Of a stretch of 64,000 nucleotides of DNA, positions 1 to 12,329 are shown in pieces (position 1 is the first letter of the stretch; each line of letters starts with the position of its first letter). Made by a program: the position numbers and the translations under genes. The stretch is taken from contig CAWIZL010000004.1 in assembly GCA_963840645.1 (NCBI GenBank), positions 87,121-151,120 on the forward strand, given 5' to 3'. The notes under the pieces were generated by a model that ran no database searches, was not told the origin of the DNA, and saw only the letters and a program-made list of their open reading frames with translations. Source of the DNA: Candidatus Doudnabacteria bacterium (GTDB taxonomy: Bacteria; Patescibacteriota; Doudnabacteria; UBA920; VMFF01).

Positions 1-2208
<2,208 letters not shown>

Positions 2209-2501
2209 GGCAGCCTTTACGAGCAGCAATTTTCGTTGCGGAGTTGACTTCAAAGTGCCGAATACACAACCACTCTGCGATTTCAGGCATGAAAATCGCC
2301 CTGTCTGGTGGATCGAGAGGTTTGCTTGAGCAGCTCCGGCCGCATCCGGCAACTGCGCTGTTTTTAAATATAACCAAAAACTGCCGACAACGCAGAACTT
2401 CCTTTCAGAATTGAGGACGCAGCGCCGAACGGCTGAGAGGTTTCGCGTAAGCATCGCATGTAGCGTGTTTTGTGCCGTATACTCGGTTCGAATGACAGAG
2501 T

Positions 2502-3593
2502 ATGAACGACACGATTCTGGTCACCGGCGGGGCGGGGTTCATCGGCTCGAACTTCGTTCTGACTGGATGAAGGCGAGCAGCGCGGCGGTGGTGAATCTCG
2601 ACCTGCTGACCTACGCGGGCAACGCCGGCAAACCTGGCGCCGCTTGAGGGCACTGATCCGCGATACGAATTTGTGCGCGGCGACATTTGCAACGCGGAAC
2701 TGGTGGGATCGATTCTGCGCAAGCATCGGCCGCGGGCGATCGTGCATTTTGCCGCCGAGAGCCACGTGGACCGCTCGATCGTGTCGCCGGAAGCGTTTAT
2801 CCGGACCAATGTGCAGGGGACGTTTGTGCTGCTGGAGCAGGCGCGGGCATACTGGACGGAACTGGAGCGAAGCGGACCGCGCGGCGTTTCGCTTTCTGCA
2901 CGTCTCGACGGATGAGGTGTATGGGACGCTGGGGCCCGACGATCCGGCATTCAGCGAAGACGACGGCCTATGCGCCGAACAGCCCGTATGCAGCGTCGAA
3001 GGCAGGCTCGGATCATCTGGCGCGGGCGTACTTCCACACCTTCGGGCTGCCCGTGCTGACCACAAACTGCTCGAACAATTACGGCCCGTTTCAGTTTCCG
3101 GAGAAATTGATTCCGCTGATGATTCTGAATGCGCTTGAGGGCAAGCCGTTGCCGGTTTACGGGGACGGAAAGAACGTGCGCGACTGGTTGTTTGTCGAGG
3201 ACCATTGCGCGGCGATCCGGACGAGTGCTCGAGCAGCGGCCGTCCCGGCGAGACCTACAACATTGGCGGAAACAGCGAGAGAGCGAATATCGATGTGGTG
3301 ACGGCGATTTGCGATTTGGTGGACGAGATGCGGCCGCAGGCTGGCGCGTCAGGCGCGGCGACGGCTTGATCACTTATGTTCAGGACCGGCCCGGACACGA
3401 CCGGCGATACGCCATCGACGCGCGCAAGATTACCCGCGAGCTGGGCTGGAAGCCGGCTGAAGAATTTGAAAGCGGACTGCGCAAAACCGTGCGCTGGTAT
3501 CTCGAGAATGCCGAGTGGGTGAACAGCGTGCGGACGGGCGCCTATCGCGAATGGATCACGAAGAATTACTCGGGTAGAGCGGAAATACAGTGA
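2502..3593 (+). pseudogene. rfbB: dTDP-glucose 4,6-dehydratase (RfbB/RmlB) with multiple frameshifts
   Basis: MNDTILVTGGAGFIGSNFV at 2502. Later segments ([18 protein letters not shown]..., [36 protein letters not shown]..., [23 protein letters not shown]...) fall in different frames (ORFs 2673..2915, 2687..3301, 3129..3593). Confidence 0.8.
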
Positions 3594-3749
3594 CTAGGGA
3601 CTGGAACCGATCTCATAAATGGCTTTTTGAAAGGGGACGACTTCAGTCGTGCCGCAAGAGCCGCACAAACCGCGGGGGCTTTAGCCGCTGAGGGACGTTC
3701 GTCGCGGCGCGAGACAATTTATGAGACAGCTTTCAGAGTTCAGGCATCG

Positions 3750-4420
3750 ATGAAGCAAACTCGACATTTCGTTTGTGCTGTTACATGGCTCTCGTGTTTC
3801 GCGTTGGTGGGGCGTGGAACGGCGGAGCAGGCGCAGAAATTCGAAGTAGCCTCGGTACGCATCATGCAGGACCGCGACAAGCTGCCTGTGGCGCAACAGA
3901 TGTTTTATATGAGTCCGCCGGGCGCGGCGCAGTTCACGGTGCGGAACGTAAATCTTGGTTTCCTGATAGCGTGGGCGTTCAGGACGAGTGGATCGGCGCA
4001 TCCGATCGCAAAAAGACCTGCATGGATGGATTCAACTTACTACGAAATCACCGCCAAGCCGGAGGGAGATGTGGGCCTGAGCTACGACGAGCTGAGGCCG
4101 ATGCTTCAGGAGTTACTTCAGGAGCGATTCCACTTGACCTACCACATGGATACCACCAGAACCAAGGGGTACGCCTTGGTGGTTACAAACGGCGGGCCGA
4201 AAATTGCGCCGACGAAGGGCGAAGCACAGCACGCCTACTTGATGACGGGAAGGTTGGATGCCGCAAACGTGCCCATGAACATCGTGGCCAGTTTGTTGAC
4301 GCATGCCTTGGGGCAGACAGTCGTGGATGAAACCAACCTCAAGGGCAACTATGACATGAAGCTCAAATTTGCTGAAATGGACGAGACAGAATTGAACAAT
4401 ACGAACGTGTCAGGCAGCGG
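3750..4420 (+). CDS. TIGR03435-family secreted protein (soil/Acidobacteria-type); fused in-frame to the next segment
   Basis: MKQTRHFVCAVTWLSCFALVGRG signal peptide. Conserved C-terminal motif TNLKGNYDMKLKF. Lies in ORF 3627..5123. The 3' boundary is approximate. Confidence 0.5.
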
Positions 4421-5123
4421 CGGTCACGTATTGCTTGACTTTGCACTCGCAGACGGAATTTCTGTGCCGTGGCTCGCGTACTACCTGTCCTTGCCCATGG
4501 TGGCTGAGAGCTACCCAGGAAAAGTTACCGAGGCTTGCTGGCAAGCGTTCGCAACGCTGTCTCTCATACTGCTCAACCCACGGAGAATTTACAGCGTCAT
4601 ACCAGAGAAAATTCCTGGCTCAGATTTTTTTTGGGACTTGGTGAAAGTTGCCGATGAGCAGCACCTGAGCATTTTTCTGCTCGGCGGATTCGGCGATACG
4701 CCAGAGGTTGTTGCCAAGAAAATTTTGGCAAAGTGTCCCAACGTAAAAATTGCTGGATGGTCAAACGAAGCGCCCAGTGCCATGGGGTTAGTCGCAAAGA
4801 TCGACGCAGCATCGCCAGACATTCTCATGGTCGCCTACGGACCTGTGAAGCAGGAAATGTGGATTGCGCAAAACCTGCACCAGCTCAACTGCACCCTGGC
4901 AATCGGTGTTGGAGGCACGTTTGATTACGTTGCAGGCTTGAAGAGCCAGCCACCAGCGTGGGTTCGCGCCGTTGGCTTCGAGTGGCTGTACAGGTTGTTC
5001 ACCCAACCTGCCCGCGCAGGGCGAATTTGGCGCGCCACCGCGGCAGCTCGTGCTCGGCGCAGTTCGCGAGAAAGTCTTCCGCACCATGCCCCTGCGCGAG
5101 AACGTCGTGGGTGTTATAATTAA
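4421..5123 (+). CDS. WecB/TagA/CpsF-family glycosyltransferase, C-terminal ~230 aa only; N-terminal domain missing and replaced by the upstream fusion
   Basis: LLDFALADGISVPW, LLGGFGDTPEVVAKKI, GPVKQEMWIAQN, GVGGTFDYVAGLKSQPPAWVRAVGFEWLYRL match the family consensus. Same reading frame as the TIGR03435 segment. Confidence 0.55.
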
Positions 5124-5562
5124 TAAGAGGGGAGAGGTGTTCGTTGCGCACAGGTCTTCGCCAGACAGGGGTGGGCAAGGTCAGTTTCCGCAGGGCGGCG
5201 TTGATCCTGGTGAATCACCTGAGGCCGCAGTGCTGCGCGAGATGCGTGAGGAGACCGGCAGCTCAGGCTACGAGATCATGGGGGAAGGTCGCAAGAAGTT
5301 CCAGTACAACTGGCGGCACTTCTACAGGCCGCTGTTCAGCAACACGAAGAGAGCTCGCGGACAGCGCCAGACTGTTTTCTACCTGAAGTACACAGCAGGG
5401 CACGATGACTTCAAGCTGAACCAACGGGAACTCTCTGGGTACAGGTGGGTTGCACCACCGCAGCTCGCGAGCGCAATAGGGACTATTAGAGAAAAAATGT
5501 ACCGTACAGCAGTTGAGCCAGAGCTCGCGCACTACGTAGAAATTGCAAAACAACACGGTTAA
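5086..5562 (+). CDS. NUDIX hydrolase (RppH-like)
   Basis: Nudix box GGVDPGESPEAAVLREMREETG. Start MPLRENVVGVIINK. Confidence 0.8.
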   Translation: MPLRENVVGVIINKRGEVFVAHRSSPDRGGQGQFPQGGVDPGESPEAAVLREMREETGSSGYEIMGEGRKKFQYNWRHFYRPLFSNTKRARGQRQTVFYLKYTAGHDDFKLNQRELSGYRWVAPPQLASAIGTIREKMYRTAVEPELAHYVEIAKQHG

Positions 5563-5566
5563 ATCA

Positions 5567-7076
5567 ATGACTGAAACTTCACAAGATTTTAATGCAAAGC
5601 GAATCCGCACGCGTTTCGCACCAAGCCCAACGGGTTTTCTACACATTGGCTCTGCGCGCACGGCGCTCTTTGCGTACCTGCTGGCACGTAAGCACAGCGG
5701 CGACTTTGTACTGCGCGTTGAGGACACAGACCAGGGCAGGGAAGTGGAAGGCGCTGTTGAGCACCTCATTGCTACTTTGGGCAAGCTGAGCCTCACCTAC
5801 GATGAGGGAATGTTTTTTGAAAGTGGAAAACTGCAGAACAGGGGAGACTTTGGGCCGTACTTGCAATCTGAACGTTTGGAGATTTATGCCAAGCACGCGC
5901 AGCAGCTTATTGATAGAGGCAGCGCTTACCGTTGTTTCTGCGACGAGGCTCGCTTGGCAGAAGTTCGCAAAGAGCAGGAGGCTCTGAAGAGGCCAACGCA
6001 GTACGACAGGAAGTGTCGCAACCTCACACCCGAGCAGGTCCAACAAAACTTGGACAAAGGTTTGCCGTACGTCATTCGCCAGGCAATTCCTCTGGACGGG
6101 CAGACGGTGATAGAAGATTTGGCATTTGGCAAAATTACCATTGATAACAAAAACTTAGATGACCAAGTCCTGGTGAAGTCTGACGGGTTCCCAACCTACC
6201 ACCTGGCAGTTGTCGTCGATGACCACCTCATGGAAATCACGCACGTCATCCGTGGCGACGAGTGGATCCCATCTACGCCAAAGCACATTTTGCTGTACAG
6301 GGCTTTTGGCTGGAAGCCAACAGCGTTCGCGCACCTGCCGCTCATCTTGAACAACTGACCACTCAAAGCTCTCAAAGCGCCAGGGCGACGTTGCGGTTGA
6401 AGACTTTTTGGCAAAAGGATACCTGCCAGAGGCGCTGCTCAACTACGTTGCGCTCCTAGGTTGGAACCCAAAGACAGAGCAGGAAATTTTCTCGCTCGAA
6501 GAGCTGGTGCACCAGTTCGACATCGCAAAGGTCAACAAGTCTGGCGCAGTGTTTGACCTTGATCGCCTCGACTGGGTGAACGGCCAGTACATTCGGAAGA
6601 TGCCGCTTGCAGAACTGACCGATAGAATTTTACCGTACCTCGGCGAGAACGCTAACGGCGACCGCCAATTCATAGAGGCAATTGTAGCAGCAGAGGCAAG
6701 CCGCCTAAAGAAGCTGTCTGATGTTTCGGAGCGAACTGCATGCTACTTTGTACCTGTCGCACCTGACCCAGTGATGCTCGTGTGGAAAAAATCAAACGCA
6801 GCTGGTACAAAGAAAAATTTGGAGGGTCTGCTGGCGTACTTAACAGGCCTCAGCGAAGATTCTTTTCAATCAGAAACTCTTATCGAACAGACAGTGAAGC
6901 GGTACATAGAGCAGCAAGGATTGGACAACGGCTCTGTGCTGTGGCCACTGCGGGTTGCACTGTCTGGCATGGAAGCATCTCCTGGGCCATTCCAGCTTGT
7001 ACGTGTGCTGTACGTTGGCTACGGCAAGCAAGAAATTTTGAATCGTATTCAAAAGGGGATAGAGGTATTGGGCTAG
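5567..7076 (+). CDS. gltX: glutamyl-tRNA synthetase; one frameshift near 6350
   Basis: RTRFAPSPTGFLHIGSARTALF (HIGH motif) in ORF 5543..6358. KLSKRQGDVAVEDFLAKGYLPEALLNYVALLGWNP continues in another frame into ORF 6408..7076. Confidence 0.85.
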
Positions 7077-7173
7077 CGAGAACGGGCGATCCTATAGACT
7101 TTTTATCAAGAAAAGGAGATAATTAAGGTGGGCAATGTACCAGTACGTTTGAAATAAAAAATACCAACTACGG

Positions 7174-8064
7174 ATGAAAAAAAATCTTGTGTCGTTCAAG
7201 ATTCTTGCGGTGGCTTTAACCTTTTTGCCGTTCGTCGTGGCTGCTGTTCCTCAAACTGTATCTGCCGCCACCTTCGGCAACCAGATCTGCCAGCCAGACC
7301 CCGTGACGCACATTGGCAGTGTGTCCCAGTGCATCAACAACATCTACATTGTCGCCGTTGCCGCAGCGGGTTTTGCCGGCGTTATCTTGTTTGCCGCAGC
7401 CGGCTACATGTACATGATTGGCACGAGCGAGATGGTTGGCAAGGCCAAGAAGATCGTCACGAGCGTCATCGTCGGCATGCTGATCCTGTTCGGCACGTAC
7501 GCGATCCTGAACACCATCAACCCGAACCTGACGAACCTGAGCCTGAGCATCCCCGTGGTCACGTGCACGGCGGGCAGCTGCCCGCCCGCGGCGAACGTGG
7601 CGGGGCCGACGCCTGCGCCAGCCACAGCCACGACGCTAACAGGTTCATGCAATCAGAGCTTTGGTCTTACGGTATCTCCCGGCTGTACGATAGGTTCAAA
7701 CTGTGTTGACGTTTCTTCGTACACGCCGACGCACGACTGCAGCAGTAATGGCGGAGTATGTTTACTCTCAGCACAAGCCGCAGACAGAGCCCAGACATTT
7801 ATTCAGATGTACAACCAAATTTCGGGCGGCTGCAGCCTTTCAATCGAAGCCGCAATTGAGGGTGCGACATGCCCAAGCATTTCATCATGTCACTCGAATG
7901 GAACCTGCGTTGACTTTCATGTCATTCCTTCCTCTGTCGCATGCCAGCAAGACTTCTATCAAGCAGCCCAGACTTCAGGCACGGTTGTTTCATTTCAGAA
8001 TGAGTACCAAGCATCCTGTGTCGCCGCTTCAACTACCGGTGGAAATATACACACAAATTTTTGA
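7174..8064 (+). CDS. secreted TrbC/VirB2-like (T4SS pilin-type) protein with a C-terminal Cys-rich domain
   Basis: Signal peptide, then two hydrophobic helices (IVAVAAAGFAGVILFAAAGYMYMIG...KAKKIVTSVIVGMLILFGTYAIL) typical of VirB2/TrbC-like pilins. C-terminal ~170 aa is Cys, Ser and Thr-rich. Confidence 0.5.
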   Translation: MKKNLVSFKILAVALTFLPFVVAAVPQTVSAATFGNQICQPDPVTHIGSVSQCINNIYIVAVAAAGFAGVILFAAAGYMYMIGTSEMVGKAKKIVTSVIVGMLILFGTYAILNTINPNLTNLSLSIPVVTCTAGSCPPAANVAGPTPAPATATTLTGSCNQSFGLTVSPGCTIGSNCVDVSSYTPTHDCSSNGGVCLLSAQAADRAQTFIQMYNQISGGCSLSIEAAIEGATCPSISSCHSNGTCVDFHVIPSSVACQQDFYQAAQTSGTVVSFQNEYQASCVAASTTGGNIHTNF

Positions 8065-8356
8065 TTTGATAGGAGTACGGTCGTAGGGGATACGTAAGCA
8101 GTACAAAGTACAAGATGAACAAAGGGCGACCAGAATAGTTTAATATTTTAATGCGTTTAATCCAAACTCATTTAATCTAATAATCTAACCTCTTGTATCA
8201 TTAGGGTGAGCGTAGTTCAGGCCTTCTTGCTAAATGCAGGTTTAATGTCGTCTAAGGTACATTGTGCGACGTGGTAGGTATGCAGGTTTAAAGACGTTTT
8301 TATCCCCTGTCTCTGGGTTAGGCTACCTTCGTAAACTTTTGTATACTATCTGGTGG

Positions 8357-8392
<36 letters not shown>

Positions 8393-8417
8393 GTTTGAGT
8401 TAAGAAAATAAATTTTT

Positions 8418-8642
8418 ATGGCCACGAGTAACATGAATAATAAGAATACGACAGATAAGCTTTTACAAGAGTTTAATAGTCTACGCGAAAAGCTTTGTCC
8501 CTTACCTGCATTGAACGATCTTGAAAGAGCTAAATTTGAGCATTCAATGGATATTGAACACCTTTACTTTTCTACTAAAATTAAAGGTACTGACTTGACG
8601 ACCAAGCGAATCCTTCGAGCGATTCATGGTACAGGAATCTAA
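8418..8642 (+). CDS. small hypothetical ORF (74 aa); weak resemblance to a Fic-family N-terminal region; possible gene remnant
   Basis: ORF only. YFSTKIKGTDLTTKRIL loosely resembles the Fic N-terminal SxxIEGNxLT segment. No Fic catalytic motif. Confidence 0.25.
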   Translation: MATSNMNNKNTTDKLLQEFNSLREKLCPLPALNDLERAKFEHSMDIEHLYFSTKIKGTDLTTKRILRAIHGTGI

Positions 8643-8672
8643 ATAAATAAATTAAAAAATAATCATACAAAC

Positions 8673-9047
8673 ATGAACTCATCTTTTTTCCTACGTTGGC
8701 TGGTAGCAACAATCTGCGTTGCAATTGCAGCGTACATTTTGCCAGGTGTTAGAATTGACGGCATCATTGCCGCCATAGTTGTTGCGCTCGTGTTGGGCTT
8801 CATCAATGGCTTTATCCGCCCGTTCATAATTGTGCTAACACTCCCCCTAAACATAGTTACGCTCGGCCTATTCACGTTTGTGGTCAATGCCTTGCTCGTC
8901 GAGTTCACGTCGCTCATCACACCAGGCTTCTACGTGCAGAATTTTTGGTGGGCGCTGCTGTTCAGCTTGGTGATGTCAGTTTTGGGCTGGCTGTTCGGCT
9001 TGACCCGCAGGGACTCAAGGCCAAACAGCAGAGGGTACGTTAGCTAG
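8673..9047 (+). CDS. phage-holin-4_2 family (PF04020-like) small membrane protein
   Basis: Four predicted TM segments. FINGFIRPFIIVLTLPLNIVTLGLFTFVVNALL matches the family core. Confidence 0.6.
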   Translation: MNSSFFLRWLVATICVAIAAYILPGVRIDGIIAAIVVALVLGFINGFIRPFIIVLTLPLNIVTLGLFTFVVNALLVEFTSLITPGFYVQNFWWALLFSLVMSVLGWLFGLTRRDSRPNSRGYVS

Positions 9048-9594
9048 CAACTTTCACCCTCGGCCACTTCCCTGTCCAGTTTTTCTTCTCAACCCTTTTG
9101 TGAAAAATTTCGATAGGTCGCGAGAATTTCGGCGACACTCTAATGACCATGCTCACAAGGTCATCAATTCCGTACGGAGCCAGCAGCTGGAGCTTGCCTG
9201 CCGTATCAATTTTTACGGCAACTGCTGTCGCTGTCTCAACCCACCTCGATAGAGCGTCTTCAGTTGAAGTGTAAAGAGCATCACCGTTCACCACGTGCAT
9301 CCTTGCCTGGTTTTTCACTGACCAGCGTTCATTGGGCATTAATTCAAGAAGTTTTTGTTCGTAGCCCTTTTCAGAATCTTCTGAGGTATCTGTCGGATCA
9401 AAGTAAATTACATCAACATCCATATCTGGTGCTGTTGTCTTTGCGTCGTACCCACTGAGAAAATCCCAAACTTTGTTGCGCACAAATCCAGCTCCAATCC
9501 ACCAGTCGGGCAGCTCTAGTGTCCGCACGCTTTCCAAAGCCCGCACCATTTCCCTATCTGAGCTAATGAGGTTTAGGATGTCTTGCTCGTTCAT
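9040..9594 (-). CDS. nucleotidyltransferase, NTP_transf_6 (PF06042/DUF925-like) family
   Basis: GAGFVRNKVWDFL...DVDVIYFD...VKNQARMH motifs. Confidence 0.6.
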   Translation of the reverse strand: MNEQDILNLISSDREMVRALESVRTLELPDWWIGAGFVRNKVWDFLSGYDAKTTAPDMDVDVIYFDPTDTSEDSEKGYEQKLLELMPNERWSVKNQARMHVVNGDALYTSTEDALSRWVETATAVAVKIDTAGKLQLLAPYGIDDLVSMVIRVSPKFSRPIEIFHKRVEKKNWTGKWPRVKVAS

Positions 9595-9603
9595 AAGTAA
9601 AGC

Positions 9604-10146
9604 TTACCCAATCCCCTGCTCTTTTTTGAAAATCATTATATCGTAGCCGTCGAATACGCGGTCTTCTTGCTGAATGCCGAGTGTCTGCATGAATGAAAAA
9701 ATTTCATTTTGAATTTGCTCACTGTCGCCATCGGCTGACAGTTTTTCAACCTCAATGTAAGAGCCAAGGCCTTCAACTTCATCGACGCAAATTTCGTAGC
9801 CGCTGTGCTCTGCTTTGCGGCGTACTTTGTTGATGCTAACCTGGAGCTCAAAGCCAAGCTGCTCGCAGATGGCAGCCATTGCCTCTGGGTTGTCTATGCC
9901 GCTCTCGTACTCGAGCTTGTCCAGGTTGTTTGCCAAAGGAATTTTGTACGTGAAGAGAAAAGCGCCGTTGTTTTTGCGAATGCGTAGAGCAGGAGCTGTG
10001 GCTCTTTCTTCAAAACGAATGCCTTTTGGAAAGTAGACTTTATCTTCTTGGGTTATGGGTGCCGATAGCTCAATTCCCAATTCAGATAATTTCTGCATGA
10101 GACGCTCTGGATTTGAGATTTTGCATTTTACTTCGATTTCTTTCAT
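9604..10146 (-). CDS. CYTH-domain triphosphate tunnel metalloenzyme (CyaB / thiamine-triphosphatase-like)
   Basis: MKEIEVKCKI (EIEhK), 180 aa, CYTH layout. Confidence 0.65.
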   Translation of the reverse strand: MKEIEVKCKISNPERLMQKLSELGIELSAPITQEDKVYFPKGIRFEERATAPALRIRKNNGAFLFTYKIPLANNLDKLEYESGIDNPEAMAAICEQLGFELQVSINKVRRKAEHSGYEICVDEVEGLGSYIEVEKLSADGDSEQIQNEIFSFMQTLGIQQEDRVFDGYDIMIFKKEQGIG

Positions 10147-10155
10147 GGGTAGAAT

Positions 10156-10692
10156 TTATTTTTGCAAAAGCTCGAATAGTTTTTTGTGCTGTTCTGGATG
10201 AGGGGCAAAATTTTTATCGCCCTCTGTTGCAAGTTCGTACAATTTTTCTACTGGCATCCATGCAACTTCTGAAACCTCTTCTTCCTGAAGCGTGAGGTCT
10301 GCTAAATTAAGGTCTTTCTTGATCAAGAAAACATCCTGAATTTCGTTGTCGATGTAACTCCCGTTCTGTTGAACCTCTTGCTCTCTGATTGTGAACAAGT
10401 GTTCAACCTCAGATTCATTCACGGTAACTCCCAGTTCTTCTTTCGCCTCTCGAACTACTGTTGAGAGTGCCGTCTCTCCTGCTGGTACGTGTCCAGCAAA
10501 AGAGGTGTCCCATAAGTTTGGGCTAGACTCTTTGGTCGCAGACCTTTTCTGTGTGAGCAGTTGACCGTGCGAATTGAGAATCCAAACGTGTATAGTTTTG
10601 TGCCAGTAGCCATTCGTATGGACTTCTGATCTGGTTCTGGTGCCAAGAGGTTTGCCATCTTCACTGTACGTATCGAGAAGTTCTTCGCTCAT
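10156..10692 (-). CDS. NUDIX hydrolase
   Basis: GHVPAGETALSTVVREAKEELG Nudix box. Confidence 0.8.
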   Translation of the reverse strand: MSEELLDTYSEDGKPLGTRTRSEVHTNGYWHKTIHVWILNSHGQLLTQKRSATKESSPNLWDTSFAGHVPAGETALSTVVREAKEELGVTVNESEVEHLFTIREQEVQQNGSYIDNEIQDVFLIKKDLNLADLTLQEEEVSEVAWMPVEKLYELATEGDKNFAPHPEQHKKLFELLQK

Positions 10693-10719
10693 AATGTTAA
10701 AATATATTCTATGTAAATT

Positions 10720-11079
10720 TTATCTAGAGTCAGAAAGCAAGAGAAGTCGTTTTTTAAATCCACCATTCTTATTTCTTTTTTCATCTTGGACTTTTAAAAT
10801 AGCATCCTTGGTCAAGCCCCTCAAGGCTAAGATGGCGTCCACTACTTCTAGCACATCAGCTAATTCTTCTTCAAGGTTTCCATGTGCCAGAGATACCTTT
10901 GCTTCTGACGCCTCCTCCACCAATTTTTGTAGTAGGTAAGCAAAGTACTCTTCATCGCTAGCTGCCACACCCACGTTACCAGGTTTGCCAGTCTTGCTCT
11001 CTATGATCGCAGGTATGTTATCCCTGATGAGCTTGGGAAATTCTTTTTCTATTGGATGGTCAGTTGCAATGAATTCCAT
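10720..11079 (-). CDS. MazG-like all-alpha NTP pyrophosphohydrolase (YpjD / HisE-like)
   Basis: KLIRDNIPAII...EEYFAYLLQKLVEEASE...EELADVLEVVDAI pattern. Confidence 0.6.
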   Translation of the reverse strand: MEFIATDHPIEKEFPKLIRDNIPAIIESKTGKPGNVGVAASDEEYFAYLLQKLVEEASEAKVSLAHGNLEEELADVLEVVDAILALRGLTKDAILKVQDEKRNKNGGFKKRLLLLSDSR

Positions 11080-11095
11080 AAATTTATCAGATCAA

Positions 11096-11368
11096 TTAAA
11101 TCGGAAAAACCTGGTTTCCCTCTTCGTCGTACAGGAAGATTGCTGCTGTTGGGCAAGATTGTGCTGCGAGGAGCAGCAAATCGTCGTCGAGCGCGCTGAC
11201 TTCGAGCATGTCTACGTCTGTGCGGTCAGAGGTTTGCACGCCAGCCTTCTGTAAAATTACAGCCTTGTTCTCGTCATCCATTTGGAAAACCTCTGGGTAC
11301 ACCGCTACGCACGATGCAGCGCCTATGCAGAGTTCTCGGTCAACCATGAGGTACTTAATTTTGGACAT
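11096..11368 (-). CDS. fdx: small mono-cluster [4Fe-4S]/[3Fe-4S] ferredoxin
   Basis: CIGAASCVAV...AQSCPTAAI cysteine pattern, 90 aa. Confidence 0.6.
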   Translation of the reverse strand: MSKIKYLMVDRELCIGAASCVAVYPEVFQMDDENKAVILQKAGVQTSDRTDVDMLEVSALDDDLLLLAAQSCPTAAIFLYDEEGNQVFPI

Positions 11369-11380
11369 GTGGTGGTTTTG

Positions 11381-11638
11381 TTACTCTGTGTAGCGAACTT
11401 CTTTCAAGCTGGGCAGTGCCTCGCGAATGTACTTCTCTAAAACTAAGCCGTACGTGATTGGCGCCATGGCACAGTCTGCGCAGTGGCCTTTCAAGCGTAG
11501 CGTCAAAGACTCTGGCGTAGCGCTGACAATTTCAACGCCACCTTTGTGGGCCTCAATAATTGGCCGGAGGCGGTCAATCTGAGCCTCTACAACTTCAACA
11601 GTGGTAGCATCCATTTGTACGCTCGTAATTTTATCCAT
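11381..11638 (-). CDS. nfu: Nfu/NifU C-terminal-domain Fe-S cluster carrier
   Basis: GGVEIVSATPESLTLRLKGHCADCAMAPITYGLVLEKYIRE. Confidence 0.75.
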   Translation of the reverse strand: MDKITSVQMDATTVEVVEAQIDRLRPIIEAHKGGVEIVSATPESLTLRLKGHCADCAMAPITYGLVLEKYIREALPSLKEVRYTE

Positions 11639-12329
11639 AGTACTTCTCCGTATAAAATCGAATGAGCTGTTCAAGCTCTGGCACAGCATCAGGATCCCCT
11701 ACCCCAACCTTTAGCTTTTTCTGAACCTCTTCTAAAGTTTTTGCACCTTCCAGCACAGCCTCCTCAATGTCGTGGTCTGTGATGTTCAGTCGCTTGTCTA
11801 CAACGCGCGAACCTTCAACCATTACGCGCCCGTTCTGGCCAGTTGAGCGAAAGTACTCGTTCATTGTTTTCCTGAATGCTTTGTCAGCCAAAACAGAGCA
11901 GTGAATTTTTCGCGCTGGCAAGCCGTCCAAGCGCGTCATCACGTGCTGCGGCTTTATCTTCAGCGCATCTTCAATTTTCATGCCGCCGTCTTCTGTCACC
12001 ATCAAAGAAAACATAGAAGTAGACGCAATGGCAGAGCCGCACCCAAACGTCTTCCACTTCATGTCTACAATTTTGTCGTGCTCTGCGTCAATCTTAATCC
12101 ACATTGTCATCATGTCGCCGCACGCTGGGCTGCCAACCATGCCCTCTGCGTCAAACTCCCCTGCTGCTGGCTGGTCGAGCAGCAAGTTGCGCGGGTGGAA
12201 AAAGTGGTCCTTCACGGTGTCAGAGTACACCCATGTCTGGCCAGTGTAGTCATTGGCAACGTCAGCAGCCTTCAGCACGTCAGTTGAAATAGGTTTCTTG
12301 GTTTTGAGTTCAGTCATTTGTTCAGGCAT
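11631..12329 (-). CDS. nifU: NifU-like Fe-S scaffold (IscU-type N-domain plus BFD-like [2Fe-2S] domain)
   Basis: GSPACGDMMTMWIKI...KWKTFGCGSAIASTSM (IscU motifs). C-terminal BFD-like segment. Confidence 0.75.
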   Translation of the reverse strand: MPEQMTELKTKKPISTDVLKAADVANDYTGQTWVYSDTVKDHFFHPRNLLLDQPAAGEFDAEGMVGSPACGDMMTMWIKIDAEHDKIVDMKWKTFGCGSAIASTSMFSLMVTEDGGMKIEDALKIKPQHVMTRLDGLPARKIHCSVLADKAFRKTMNEYFRSTGQNGRVMVEGSRVVDKRLNITDHDIEEAVLEGAKTLEEVQKKLKVGVGDPDAVPELEQLIRFYTEKYYG

